A stretch of DNA of 64,000 bases, taken from assembly GCA_964499705.1 (NCBI GenBank), contig CAZCME010000023.1, positions 1 to 64,000 on the forward strand, given 5' to 3'. Both the position numbers and the translations under genes were made by a program. The notes beneath the pieces were generated by a model, which made no database searches, was not told the origin of the DNA, and saw only the letters and a list, made by a program, of their open reading frames with translations. Every line of letters starts with the position of its first letter. The first letter of the stretch is position 1. Origin of the DNA: an uncultured bacterium. GTDB lineage: Bacteria; UBA8481. Shown here one piece after another: positions 37,709 to 47,159 of the stretch.

Positions 37709-38200
37709 ATGAAGCGGCTAATCCTTGAGACGCTCGCGCTCGCGCTCATAGCGGTACCCCCCGCCGTCGAAACATGGCTGGTTGCTCAGCGACCGATTCC
37801 AGCTCATCACCAGGAGTTATTCGGGCAATCCTTCCCGACGGAGGTAAACGGCCCGGTAAGTTCGCCGGAAATCGAGCCGCCAGTCGCCGGGAACGAACTC
37901 ACCTGGGAAATGCTGCGCGATTCCGGAATGCCCGTACTCTGGATCGACGCGAGGGTGGATCACGTTTTCGCGGAGGGGCATTATCCAGGATCCATCAACC
38001 TCAATCAGCAGAACTGGGACAGGAATCTGTCGCGCGTTTTGAAACGCCGGCGGCCCGGAGGGCGGATTGTCGTCTATTGCGGGGGGCCGCAATGCGGGCT
38101 CAGCAGAGCCATCGCGGAGCGTCTCCGGAAGGAAGCGGGCCTTGCCGATGTGTACACGCTCCCCGGAGGCTGGCCCGTCTTGAAACAACACGTTCCATGA
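37709..38200 (+). CDS. Membrane-anchored rhodanese-like protein
   Basis: WIDAR..F..GHYPGSIN, VVYCGGPQC, LPGGW. Confidence 0.9.
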   Translation: MKRLILETLALALIAVPPAVETWLVAQRPIPAHHQELFGQSFPTEVNGPVSSPEIEPPVAGNELTWEMLRDSGMPVLWIDARVDHVFAEGHYPGSINLNQQNWDRNLSRVLKRRRPGGRIVVYCGGPQCGLSRAIAERLRKEAGLADVYTLPGGWPVLKQHVP

Positions 38201-38598
38201 AGCGGATTTCAGCGGTGCTCCGCATTCTTCTCGGGATTGTCTTCGTCATCGCCGGCTCCATGAAAATATTCAATCCCTGGCGTTTCCACGATACCGTGAC
38301 CAATTTCCGCATCCTGTCCGATCCGCTCGCGCAGGCCGCAGCTTTTTATATTCCCTGGCTCGAAGTCGTGCTCGGCTTGGCGCTCATTGCGAGGAAACTC
38401 TACCGCGGAGCGCTCGCGTCGAGCGGGCTGTTGCTCTCCATCTTCACGGCGGTTCTCCTGTCCGCGCAACTCAGAGGGCTCGACACTTCCTGCGGCTGCT
38501 TCGGTTCGTGGGATATGTCCCTGAACTTCGAAGGGCTTCTCGCCCGAAACATCGGTCTACTGATCGTTACGGGATTCCTGATCCGAGCCGAGCGTTAG
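38197..38598 (+). CDS. MauE/DoxX-family redox-associated membrane protein
   Basis: LRILLG.VF..AG..K, PWLE, RGLDTSCGCFG, RN; ATGA overlap with the rhodanese gene. Confidence 0.9.
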   Translation: MKRISAVLRILLGIVFVIAGSMKIFNPWRFHDTVTNFRILSDPLAQAAAFYIPWLEVVLGLALIARKLYRGALASSGLLLSIFTAVLLSAQLRGLDTSCGCFGSWDMSLNFEGLLARNIGLLIVTGFLIRAER

Positions 38599-38621
38599 AA
38601 AACGTACCGACGTTTCGGTCT

Positions 38622-38669
38622 TCTGTACCCATTTTCCTCTATTTTTTCGCCACTTCGAGATACTACAAT
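38622..38669 (+). promoter_or_regulatory. Second copy of the conserved Tad upstream motif plus -10 box
   Basis: TCTGTACCCATTTTCCTCTATTTTTTCG; TACAAT lies 6 nt before ATG 38676. Confidence 0.75.
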
Positions 38670-38675
38670 CTCAAC

Positions 38676-40142
38676 ATGATCAAACACTCCATGCGGCCCT
38701 GCAAATTTCCTCAACGCGGCAACTATCTCATCCTCGGCGCCTTCGGCCTCGTCATTCTCCTCATGGCCGCCGCGCTTGCCGTCGACGTCTCCCGCAAATT
38801 TTCGCTCGAACAGAAAGCCCAGGACGTCGCCGACGCCGCCGCCCTCGCCGGCGCTCAGCAACTCCCTAACGTCGCGCTCGCCCGGCTCCAATGCACCACC
38901 TACATCCAGTCGGCCGCGGGATCCTGGTACGTGCCTCCGGATACCGACATCACCATCTTCGTTTCCGACGATAACCGTTCCGGGTCCGTCGCGGTCGTCG
39001 TGAGAGGTTCCTGGGATCCTGTTCTCCTTCCCGCGTGGTTGTTCGGAGATGAAAACTACGACATCAGCCGCTTTGCGATCGCGGCCATGACGCTCGAAAC
39101 ATCCGTCAAGGTCACCTACGAAAATGGGACGCTCGACAGCCCCCCGAGCGGCCCCTACGCGCTCTTCATCGGAGATACCGACGCGGGATCCTCGCAGTTC
39201 GGCGAGCCCGGAGCCAACCAGATCACGATTGTGGGAAACGCCCACTTCAATCATTGCGCCGATATAGGAGGCCAGAACCACGTCGACTCGCAGGGAGTCT
39301 TCGAGGCGCAATGCCTGGAGGGCGACGTCGCCGAACTGGAGGGGCAGAAGGACGGATCAAGCCCGTACGCGGTTCCTCCCATCCTGAACGCCGCCGCGAT
39401 GGTTTCCGATATTCTCCTCGACATCTCCGTCGGAGCGCAGGCGGCCTACTACACATTGAACACGTACAAGCCGCTGCTGGCCAAGAACGGATCCGTCGTC
39501 TACATGGACGATGGATCATCGCCGGTCGAAGCAAAATGGGACGGCTCCCAGTGGACGGTCCGCACCGGAAACAAAACCGTCGCTCCGAACGCGGGCTTCA
39601 ACACCGGCATGGGCAACGGCATCGACCTGGAAGTCGCGGGCGACCTGGTCCTGGAACTCCCGAACTCCGCCGGGAAATTTTGGCAGGGTTCCGTCCGTTC
39701 CACGGGCAAGATGTCCATGGGCGCGAACAACAGCGAAATCCGCTGCGTCCAGAAGGGCGACGCCGTCGCCGGCCTCGACAATGCGGGCCTCGCGTTGCAC
39801 TCGGGATCAGGCTTGCCCGATAACAGCCTCGCCTTCGACAACGCGGGCAACGCCGTCAACGTGTACGGTGTGCTGTACGTGGAAGGATCTCTCCTCTGGA
39901 CCGGCAACATGTCGGCGGCCGGCACGATTGGCACGCCCGGAGATTACAACGCGACGGGAAACGGCTTCATCAAGGGCATGGTCTATGCCGACGATCTCTC
40001 GCCCGCCAACGGCGGCGGCTTGGGAGGAAACAACCTCAAGATCTACTACGATGCGGAGATGATCAGCGGCCTGGAGATCACAAACGCGGTCACACGGACT
40101 CCGCCGAAATATTCGAATCCCACCGTCTGGCTCATGAGATAA
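38676..40142 (+). CDS. TadG-like (Tad domain) protein, paralog of 36120-37649
   Basis: QRG|NYLIL, LAVDVSRKFSLEQ, G.WDPVL.P.WL.GDE.Y and P.VWL.R end shared with the paralog. Confidence 0.85.
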   Translation: MIKHSMRPCKFPQRGNYLILGAFGLVILLMAAALAVDVSRKFSLEQKAQDVADAAALAGAQQLPNVALARLQCTTYIQSAAGSWYVPPDTDITIFVSDDNRSGSVAVVVRGSWDPVLLPAWLFGDENYDISRFAIAAMTLETSVKVTYENGTLDSPPSGPYALFIGDTDAGSSQFGEPGANQITIVGNAHFNHCADIGGQNHVDSQGVFEAQCLEGDVAELEGQKDGSSPYAVPPILNAAAMVSDILLDISVGAQAAYYTLNTYKPLLAKNGSVVYMDDGSSPVEAKWDGSQWTVRTGNKTVAPNAGFNTGMGNGIDLEVAGDLVLELPNSAGKFWQGSVRSTGKMSMGANNSEIRCVQKGDAVAGLDNAGLALHSGSGLPDNSLAFDNAGNAVNVYGVLYVEGSLLWTGNMSAAGTIGTPGDYNATGNGFIKGMVYADDLSPANGGGLGGNNLKIYYDAEMISGLEITNAVTRTPPKYSNPTVWLMR

Positions 40143-40146
40143 CACC

Positions 40147-41025
40147 TCACAGCGAAGGCGAAGCAACTCCCGGCATGGGCGGCGGAGCGGTGGCCGCCTT
40201 GATTTTTTCAAGAAGCATGATGGCGGCGTTGCCCGGAGGTGTTTCGGCTTTTCTCGCCTTGATGCCTTCCAGGAGCCCGGTCAGCGCGGAGGCGTCCTTC
40301 GCGGGAATTTTCGCGTCAATCGCGGCGATAGCATCCTGCAGGATCGCATCATCCTGGCTTGAAAGCGCCACGGTGATGGATCCGATCGCCGCGGGAGTAT
40401 TCTGATTCGCGAAGGTTTTCCAGACCGACAACGCATTCGAGACAACAGCGGGATCGGAAGACGCCAGCGCCGAACTCAGCGAATAGATGACACCGGGATC
40501 TGCCGACTCCGACAGCATGGATCCGGCGCGGATTCTCACCGTGGCATCTCCATCCAAAAGCATCCCGGCGATCTGGCCGCTGAAACCTTTCACCTGGTAT
40601 CGCTGAAGTATCCCGACAGCTTCCGCGCGCACCAGCGGGTCCGCGTCGACGAGCATCTTCGCGATGTAGGGAGCGCCCTTCACCGCGTCGATGGTCATCA
40701 GTTCGCTCATCGCCGCCAGCCTGATTCCCACATCGGCGTCCGTCATCTTCTGAAGCGCCAGCATGAATGGCGCGGGAGCGGCCGTGGCGTTGGGATCCGC
40801 TTGATCCATGCCAAGTCGCTTCCTGATCTCCTCGTTGGGATCCTTCTTCGGTTTCGCGGAAAGGTAGTCGAACTGGAGAATGATTCCGACTGTGAAGAGC
40901 GCGGCGAGAACACCGATGAACAGCCACTTCAGGAGCCGCGGATCGACTTCCGGCTCCGGATTCTTCTCCCTCTCTTTCTGCGGCGAAGCCTTTGCGCCGG
41001 GACGAGTGCCAGTCGAAGTGGCCAT
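40147..41025 (-). CDS. Membrane-anchored HEAT-repeat protein
   Basis: TM LLKWLFIG..., repeats L.D.D..VR..A. Confidence 0.8.
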   Translation of the reverse strand: MATSTGTRPGAKASPQKEREKNPEPEVDPRLLKWLFIGVLAALFTVGIILQFDYLSAKPKKDPNEEIRKRLGMDQADPNATAAPAPFMLALQKMTDADVGIRLAAMSELMTIDAVKGAPYIAKMLVDADPLVRAEAVGILQRYQVKGFSGQIAGMLLDGDATVRIRAGSMLSESADPGVIYSLSSALASSDPAVVSNALSVWKTFANQNTPAAIGSITVALSSQDDAILQDAIAAIDAKIPAKDASALTGLLEGIKARKAETPPGNAAIMLLEKIKAATAPPPMPGVASPSL

Positions 41026-41804
41026 CAGCCTCCGCCCGGGGTCGAACCCAATATCGTCGAAGCCATGGCTCCGGCGGAACTTCCGCCGAATCGCCCCTGG
41101 ATGCTCATGAGCGTGCCCCGCAGCGCATCTTTCTCCTGGCTTTTCAACTGCGACTGCAGAAATCCGAGAACATCCGCGATCACCGGCTCATTGTTGGAGC
41201 TCAGAACGATTTGAATCGCCGCAAGCGATCCGCTCCTGTCCTTCGGGAAAATGGACTTCCAGGCCGACACGCCTGCGGAGAGAATTTCCGGTTGAGGCGA
41301 CGTCAACGCCGGCATGAGCCGACCCGCAAGTCCGGGCTCGCTGGAAAAGTTCACTATGCTCGCCAGGGCCGCACTGCGAACTTCCGCGTCCGCATCGCTC
41401 AGCATTTGCGCAAGCTGCCCGCCGCCGCCGGAAATCTTGTAGGCCTGCGCGATGCGGATCGCGCTCTTCCTCACGAGCGCCGAGACGTCGCTCATCATGC
41501 CCAGCACGACCGGGCCTCCCGCGACAGGATCGATGATCATCATGCTTTCCATGCCCGCGACCCGTTCGTTCTCATCCGTCGACGCGAGGTGCTTCATCGC
41601 TTCGGCCGTCTTATAGTCCTTTGAGACGGGTGGAGCATCCTGTTGCTTGATATCCACGATCTTCGTGCGCCCCTCTTCCCTGCCGCCGGTCGATTGCTGC
41701 ATCTGCGTGATGACCCCGACGATGAAGAGACTTCCCAGGACGGCTCCGAAAAGCCATTTCAGCAGCGTATACTGGGGAGGCTTGAGCTGCGGCATGGTCG
41801 CCAT
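41025..41804 (-). CDS. Membrane-anchored HEAT-repeat protein, tandem paralog
   Basis: TM LLKWLFGA..., DVSALVRKSA, DADAEVRSAA; TGATG coupling. Confidence 0.8.
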   Translation of the reverse strand: MATMPQLKPPQYTLLKWLFGAVLGSLFIVGVITQMQQSTGGREEGRTKIVDIKQQDAPPVSKDYKTAEAMKHLASTDENERVAGMESMMIIDPVAGGPVVLGMMSDVSALVRKSAIRIAQAYKISGGGGQLAQMLSDADAEVRSAALASIVNFSSEPGLAGRLMPALTSPQPEILSAGVSAWKSIFPKDRSGSLAAIQIVLSSNNEPVIADVLGFLQSQLKSQEKDALRGTLMSIQGRFGGSSAGAMASTILGSTPGGG

Positions 41805-41845
41805 GGACGTCGATTCTTAAGCGGGAACGCGGCCGGGGGCGCGCA

Positions 41846-42520
41846 TCAGTCGAGCGCCACGTAACGCCGCAGGGCATCGCGGTATTCCGATTCGACGTCG
41901 ATGAACTGGACGCCCAGGCCGTAACTTCCATCAGGCAGCTTCGATGACCTGACGACCCGGGCCTTGGCGGAGAACGAGCGCGCGACGCTGGGTAGCGAGA
42001 TCATCATCCGGCCTTCGCGTCCCTCCTCTATATATTCCGGGTAGCGAAAGCAGAGCCCTCCGATGCCGGCATCCAGGACCATCGCAACAAGCGGATCCGA
42101 GAGGCGCGCCAGGGCTCCTTTCTCTCGGCCGCGTGTTGTTTTTTCCGAAGAAGCCTTTTCCGAGAAATCAACCTGCACCACGAATTGGACGGGGAATCGC
42201 GGTGCCTTGCGCTTCTCGCCGGCATCCTCATCATCGCTGATCACCTTCTTCGGAGCCGGTTCCGCCTCGGCCCGATTCACTTTTACCGCGGGAGAAACGA
42301 CGGGTCGCGCCGGTTCGACATCGATGGAGCGGGGGAAAAAGCCCGAGCAGGCATTGCAGAACCAAAGCTCGCAGATCTTCTTTCCGTGAACGTCGAAACA
42401 ATCGGAGACGGATGTGATATCGAACTGGGCGCAGAACGGGCAGCATTCCTCGTATCGCGTTTCTTTCACCTTGGAGCGCGGCGCCAGCACGGATGTCACT
42501 TTCCTGCCCAGCTTCGCCAT
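41846..42520 (-). CDS. Zn-ribbon + PilZ domain (c-di-GMP effector) protein
   Basis: CPFC...CNAC; RKAPR and DAGIGG; C-terminal YGLGVQF. Start chosen at MAKL after AAGGA. Confidence 0.8.
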   Translation of the reverse strand: MAKLGRKVTSVLAPRSKVKETRYEECCPFCAQFDITSVSDCFDVHGKKICELWFCNACSGFFPRSIDVEPARPVVSPAVKVNRAEAEPAPKKVISDDEDAGEKRKAPRFPVQFVVQVDFSEKASSEKTTRGREKGALARLSDPLVAMVLDAGIGGLCFRYPEYIEEGREGRMMISLPSVARSFSAKARVVRSSKLPDGSYGLGVQFIDVESEYRDALRRYVALD

Positions 42521-42524
42521 CACA

Positions 42525-43397
42525 TTATCCTTCATTCGACACCCGATTCGTCCGCCGCTGCCCCGCGGCAATAATTTTCGTGGCCTGGACCAGGAAATTC
42601 TCAAGTCCCGAATCCAGGTCGGGAGAATTCCGCGCCGTCTCGAACTGTTCCAGGTAGGCGATCATGCCCGCCGCTCCGAGGAGCGGAAGCAGATCGACCG
42701 GCCGTTTCAGTCCGCCCCCGCTTGATGGGAAAGTATAGGGGGAACGGACGATCTCGTCGAGCCGATCCCTGCTCCACTCAAGCGCCCCACGCAATTCCGC
42801 CTCGATCGCCTCCCGATCCCCGGCGTGGCCGCGGTTTACGGCGAAAACGGCGTAAACCATGGGGATCCGGAACTCCTCCTGCCAAAGTCGTCCCAGGTCC
42901 CATGCGCGATATTCGGACTTGATTCCATCCCGGCCCTGTACAGCCGCGCCTGCTGCGAGCGCGGCGTCGCCGATAAGCAGCGCACCATCCGCTTCCCCGC
43001 GATGCAGATCGGCCCATGGCGATGCGGATGAAACCAGTTCCGCATTCGGATTTCGCTCGGTCAGCAGTATCCGCAGCATCCGGACGGACGTCGCCGATTC
43101 AACCGTGACGGCGATGCGTTTCATGGCGCGGATATCTTTCTCGCCCAAAAGCAGGATCGACTGAACATCTCCCTGCGACGCGATTTCCAATCCAGGAATG
43201 CGAACGAGCCGATCCTGCGCGCCCGCCCACGCCACGGATGAGATCAGTCCCCCGACGGCTCTGCCGGACATCACCGCATCATTAGCTTCCGCCGGCGTCA
43301 TGAGCTCGATCTGATATCGGCTCTTCATCATTCCGGACAGAAACGGATAGAAATATGGCCGGGAGTTCAGATAGGAAATGCCGGCGATGATGGTCAT
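42525..43397 (-). CDS. mqnA: Chorismate dehydratase, futalosine menaquinone pathway
   Basis: ISYLNSRP, GDVQSI, ESATS, LLIGDAAL, DLGRLW..PMVYAVF. Confidence 0.88.
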   Translation of the reverse strand: MTIIAGISYLNSRPYFYPFLSGMMKSRYQIELMTPAEANDAVMSGRAVGGLISSVAWAGAQDRLVRIPGLEIASQGDVQSILLLGEKDIRAMKRIAVTVESATSVRMLRILLTERNPNAELVSSASPWADLHRGEADGALLIGDAALAAGAAVQGRDGIKSEYRAWDLGRLWQEEFRIPMVYAVFAVNRGHAGDREAIEAELRGALEWSRDRLDEIVRSPYTFPSSGGGLKRPVDLLPLLGAAGMIAYLEQFETARNSPDLDSGLENFLVQATKIIAAGQRRTNRVSNEG

Positions 43398-43414
43398 GGA
43401 TACTTAAGATGAAT

Positions 43415-43909
43415 TTATCGGGCCAGGGCCGCGGGAAGCCAGCGAGGTTCCTGGGATGCGCAGAGCGCGATCGCGAGGGCGTCGGCGGCGTCGTCAGGGC
43501 GCGGCGTCTCCGAAAGTCCCAGGAGAATCTTTACCATGTTCTGCATGTCCTTCTTGTCCGCCCGCCCGTTCTGCGAAACGGATTGCTTCACCCGGTTCGG
43601 AGTGAACTCCGCGATCTCGGACCCGTGCAGCGACGACGCGAGAAGAATCACGCCGCGCGCTTCCGAAACGGCCATCGCCGTCTTCACATTGGTCGAGAAG
43701 AACAGCTCCTCCACCGCGATGAGGTCAGGATCGAAGCGGCGAAGGAGACCGGTCATCGATTCGAAGAGCGTCCGCAATCTTTGAGGCGGAGGCATGCCCT
43801 GGGGAGTCCGGACGACACCATGAGCCACATGCGCCCGGGAGGCGCCGATCGTTTCGATGACGCCGTATCCCGTCGTGGCGATACCGGGATCGATGCCGAA
43901 GATGATCAT
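43415..43909 (-). CDS. ruvC: Holliday junction resolvase RuvC
   Basis: GIDPG..TTGYG, AVEELFF, EARGV, GRADK, DDAADALAIA. Confidence 0.97.
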   Translation of the reverse strand: MIIFGIDPGIATTGYGVIETIGASRAHVAHGVVRTPQGMPPPQRLRTLFESMTGLLRRFDPDLIAVEELFFSTNVKTAMAVSEARGVILLASSLHGSEIAEFTPNRVKQSVSQNGRADKKDMQNMVKILLGLSETPRPDDAADALAIALCASQEPRWLPAALAR

Positions 43910-43910
43910 G

Positions 43911-43974
43911 GGATAAGGATGAAGAAAACCGTTCGACTTGCCCATCGGTTTTGTTTTTCTTCATTCCTCATCCT
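43911..43974. repeat. Heptamer-related inverted repeat between yebC and ruvC
   Basis: AGGATGAAGAAAA(CCG)...(CGG)TTTT..TTTTCTTCATTCCT. Confidence 0.6.
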
Positions 43975-44729
43975 TGACTTCCACCCTCTTCTTCCAAAAG
44001 CTCCGCCGGTGGCTCGAAGTTGGAGTATACGTTCTGGACGTCGTCGAAATCCTCCAGTTCCTGGATGAGTCTCATGCAGGCTCGTGATGCCACCAGATCG
44101 GGGGTGACCCAGTTCTTGGGAACGAGAGACACCTCCGCGGATTCCGCGGTGTAGCCTTTCGCCTTCAGGGCCGTGGCCACATGATGGACGTCCTGTGGCG
44201 GGGTCTTGATCTGGTAGTGCTCATCCTCCGTCACGATGTCGTCGGCGCCGGATTCCAGCCCGTCCTCCAGCATCTTCTCCTCGTCAGGATGTTTCATCCT
44301 GTCGATCTGGATGACGCCAGATTTGTCGAACATCCAGGCGACGCTGCCGATCTCGCCAAGGTTGCCGCCTTGTTTCGTGAAGGCATGCCGCAATTCCGCC
44401 GTGGTCCGGTTCCTGCTGTCGGTGAGACATTCCACGATGACGGCTATGCCGCCGAGGCCGTAACCTTCGTACGAAATTTCTTCCAACGTCTGACCGGGCA
44501 GCTGGCCGGTTCCCCGGAGAATCGCGCGTTCGATATTTTCCGAAGGCATCGACGACTCCTTCGCCTTCTCGACGACCGCGCGGAGACGCATATTGCCGTT
44601 GATATCGCCACCGCCGTGGCGCGCCGCCACGGTAATCTCCTTGACGATCGTTGAAAACATCGCGCCGCGCTTCTGATCGGCAAGTCCCTTCTTGCGCTTG
44701 ATCTGGGACCACTTGGAATGGCCGGACAT
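43968..44729 (-). CDS. yebC: YebC/PmpR family regulator
   Basis: MSGHSKWSQIKRKKG, YEGYG, TDSRNRT, DDVQNVYSN. Confidence 0.97.
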   Translation of the reverse strand: MSGHSKWSQIKRKKGLADQKRGAMFSTIVKEITVAARHGGGDINGNMRLRAVVEKAKESSMPSENIERAILRGTGQLPGQTLEEISYEGYGLGGIAVIVECLTDSRNRTTAELRHAFTKQGGNLGEIGSVAWMFDKSGVIQIDRMKHPDEEKMLEDGLESGADDIVTEDEHYQIKTPPQDVHHVATALKAKGYTAESAEVSLVPKNWVTPDLVASRACMRLIQELEDFDDVQNVYSNFEPPAELLEEEGGSQG

Positions 44730-45361
44730 CAGTGCCGGCCCGAGCGACCAGGCACGCCTGGGCCAGGCGCGTCCGGATTGGACAAGCCCGTGCCGGGCAA
44801 GCCTGTGCGAATGATCATCTCGACCTCGTTCCTCTGCATCTGGAGCGCGGCGGCGATCGAGGAGGGCGAATGCCCGGCCGCGACCAGCGATTCGATTTCC
44901 TCGGCCAGGGCCTTTCTACGATCCCTCGCGCCGGGACGCCGGCCTCCCGTTTCCCGCGCGGCGGGAATGACCGGCTCCACCGCCACAACGCGGGTAATGT
45001 TTTCCGCTTCATCCTCCACAACCGTGTCCCGGATGGACGCGGCATGTTCCCGCAGGCGCCGCTCCAGAATTTCCATGTCCGTCATGAGCCCCGTGACTTT
45101 CCGAATACGCTCGTTCGCCAGTTCGATCACGCGCTTCAATTCGTCGCGCCGATCCTCCACGGCATTCACATGCGTGTTGGCGATATGCTGGAGCTCCGAA
45201 ACAAGATCGGCAAAGGCGGAATCGATCCTCGCCGTTCCCCGGTCGGCAGCGGAGGAATCATGCGCGGAGAACGCCGCAAGCTTCCTCGCGATCAACAAAT
45301 ACGTGAGAATCGAAAATGTGGCCGCGCACAGAAGCGACGCCGCGAATAGTTCCATGCTCAT
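44729..45361 (-). CDS. Hypothetical TM + coiled-coil protein with C-terminal HTH-like segment (flagellar-operon associated)
   Basis: N-terminal TM, coiled coil, G.S.SSIA..L.M..NEVEMI; coupled to neighbours. Confidence 0.65.
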   Translation of the reverse strand: MSMELFAASLLCAATFSILTYLLIARKLAAFSAHDSSAADRGTARIDSAFADLVSELQHIANTHVNAVEDRRDELKRVIELANERIRKVTGLMTDMEILERRLREHAASIRDTVVEDEAENITRVVAVEPVIPAARETGGRRPGARDRRKALAEEIESLVAAGHSPSSIAAALQMQRNEVEMIIRTGLPGTGLSNPDAPGPGVPGRSGRH

Positions 45362-45669
45362 CTCAGAAAATCCACCTTCGTTCCTTTCGTCGGATCAGCC
45401 TGAATCTCTTCGGCTTCCTCCTCTTCCTTCTCTTTTCCGCCATGCCGCCTTTCGAACAGGCGTCCCCGACCGCTGCCGTCCTTGTCCAACTGAGCGTTTT
45501 CCGCGTCATTCGACGTCTGCACCGTCTCGGGTTCGCGCTGGGAATCCTGCGCCCTGTTCGCTTCCTGTGCGAGCTGCTGGTGCTGCAGGACATTCTTGTC
45601 CGCTTGCGACTGCCGCGGCACCTCCTGGCTCTGCATGATGTTCACCTGGAAATTAATCGGTTCGGTCAT
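45358..45669 (-). CDS. Small Q/E-rich hypothetical protein (flagellar-operon associated)
   Basis: ATGA overlaps on both sides; C-terminal DPTKGTKVD motif. Confidence 0.65.
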   Translation of the reverse strand: MTEPINFQVNIMQSQEVPRQSQADKNVLQHQQLAQEANRAQDSQREPETVQTSNDAENAQLDKDGSGRGRLFERRHGGKEKEEEEAEEIQADPTKGTKVDFLR

Positions 45670-47147
45670 GACTCTTCTCCCGGGTCGGCCTGCTCCGGCA
45701 TACCGAGCGCCGTATAGGTGTGCGTCGATATATCCCCCGACTCCAGCTTCAACGTCAGGTATTTCTCGGATTTCGTCGCGTAATACACTCCGGGACCTAT
45801 GGATATTTTAACACCCGGATACAGATCGTCATAGACGGAAACGATGGAGCGCGGCTTGACCGAGACTTCCTCCTGGAGCCGCTTGAATTCCGTCGCGTTG
45901 TCCTGCAACCGTGTCTTCAACGATTCGAAGCCCAGCTGCAGCGACTCCAGAACCCTGGTTTTCTCGGGAGGAAGTTGCCCGCCCAGCTTCTCCTTCAATT
46001 GCTCCAGCGAGAAAAGCCCCTTGCGGATATTTTCGAAATTCTGCCGGTCGCGGACGATGTCCGCCTGCAGTTCCTCCATCCGCGCCAGGAGCGCCGGCTT
46101 GACGCCGACGTCGACGATCGTCTTGGTGGACATGGGAGAACCGAGCACCTTGCAGAAGACGTTCTTGAACGCGCGGATCTGGCCGCCGACGATGGTTCCC
46201 TTCTTCGTGCCCGCCATCCCCACCTGGACGCTCCCGCCGCACTTGATGTGCGAATGCATGACGATGTCGTAGACGATGACATGGCCCACGGCGGTGATGT
46301 CCGCTTCCTGGATGAACTTCGCGCGCAGGTCGCCGCCGCATGTGATGCGTCCTTCGTTTCCTCCCGCCATTCCTCCGTGAACCGTGATATTTCTCCCCGC
46401 TTCCAGCGTGGCCCTTCCGACGCTGCCGCGGACGATGATATCGTTCGTCGCCTTGACCGTGAATCCATCCTCCACGGCGCCCGCGACTTCCACCGTGCCG
46501 TTGAAAGTGATGTTCCCCGTCCCGGCATCGACGGACCCGGGAACGAAATGGACCTGCGATACCGTGATCGTCGCCCCCATGAGATAGGCCTCGCCCGAGG
46601 CCGTGGCGCGGGCTTCATTCCCGTCTTCCGATATCCGGACATTCTTTCCCGCGAGCAATTTCCTGTCCCGCGCGGGAGGAGGAGGCCGCCGCTCGTTCCT
46701 GACCGTGATGCCCGGAGTGCCTTCCTTCGAAGGAATCCGCACGGCGAGCAGATCTCCATCCTTGACGTTCTGGATCAGGTTGAGCTCCTTGAAGTCCACC
46801 AGGTCGGTTTCTTCCTTCGCCCTGAGTTTTGCGCGCGGGTCGATATCGAACATATACTCGATGGTGCCGTCGATACCCGCGACCATCGGCCGCCCCTCCG
46901 CCACCAGGACGTTTTCATCCACGACCGGTTGAGCAAGCAGCTCTTCGATGACATCATGTTTCAGGCCGGACGTGATTCCCTGCGTCCTGAGCGGATCGAG
47001 AATCATATCCTTCGTCAGAACGGAACGCCGCGTTCCGCCGCCGGCGGGAACGATCTTCACCCAGGCCTGCATGCCATCCGGGGACAGGGTTACTGTGACT
47101 ACTGGAGGAAGAACCTTTTCCGCGGTTTCCGGTTTCGTTTCGATCAT
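45666..47147 (-). CDS. fapA: FapA / DUF342 flagellar assembly protein
   Basis: VDFKEL..IQNV, GSVD.GTGNI.F.G.V.V.G.V, IVGG, LYPGV.I.IG. Confidence 0.88.
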   Translation of the reverse strand: MIETKPETAEKVLPPVVTVTLSPDGMQAWVKIVPAGGGTRRSVLTKDMILDPLRTQGITSGLKHDVIEELLAQPVVDENVLVAEGRPMVAGIDGTIEYMFDIDPRAKLRAKEETDLVDFKELNLIQNVKDGDLLAVRIPSKEGTPGITVRNERRPPPPARDRKLLAGKNVRISEDGNEARATASGEAYLMGATITVSQVHFVPGSVDAGTGNITFNGTVEVAGAVEDGFTVKATNDIIVRGSVGRATLEAGRNITVHGGMAGGNEGRITCGGDLRAKFIQEADITAVGHVIVYDIVMHSHIKCGGSVQVGMAGTKKGTIVGGQIRAFKNVFCKVLGSPMSTKTIVDVGVKPALLARMEELQADIVRDRQNFENIRKGLFSLEQLKEKLGGQLPPEKTRVLESLQLGFESLKTRLQDNATEFKRLQEEVSVKPRSIVSVYDDLYPGVKISIGPGVYYATKSEKYLTLKLESGDISTHTYTALGMPEQADPGEES

Positions 47148-47159
47148 CGGGGGGCGCCC

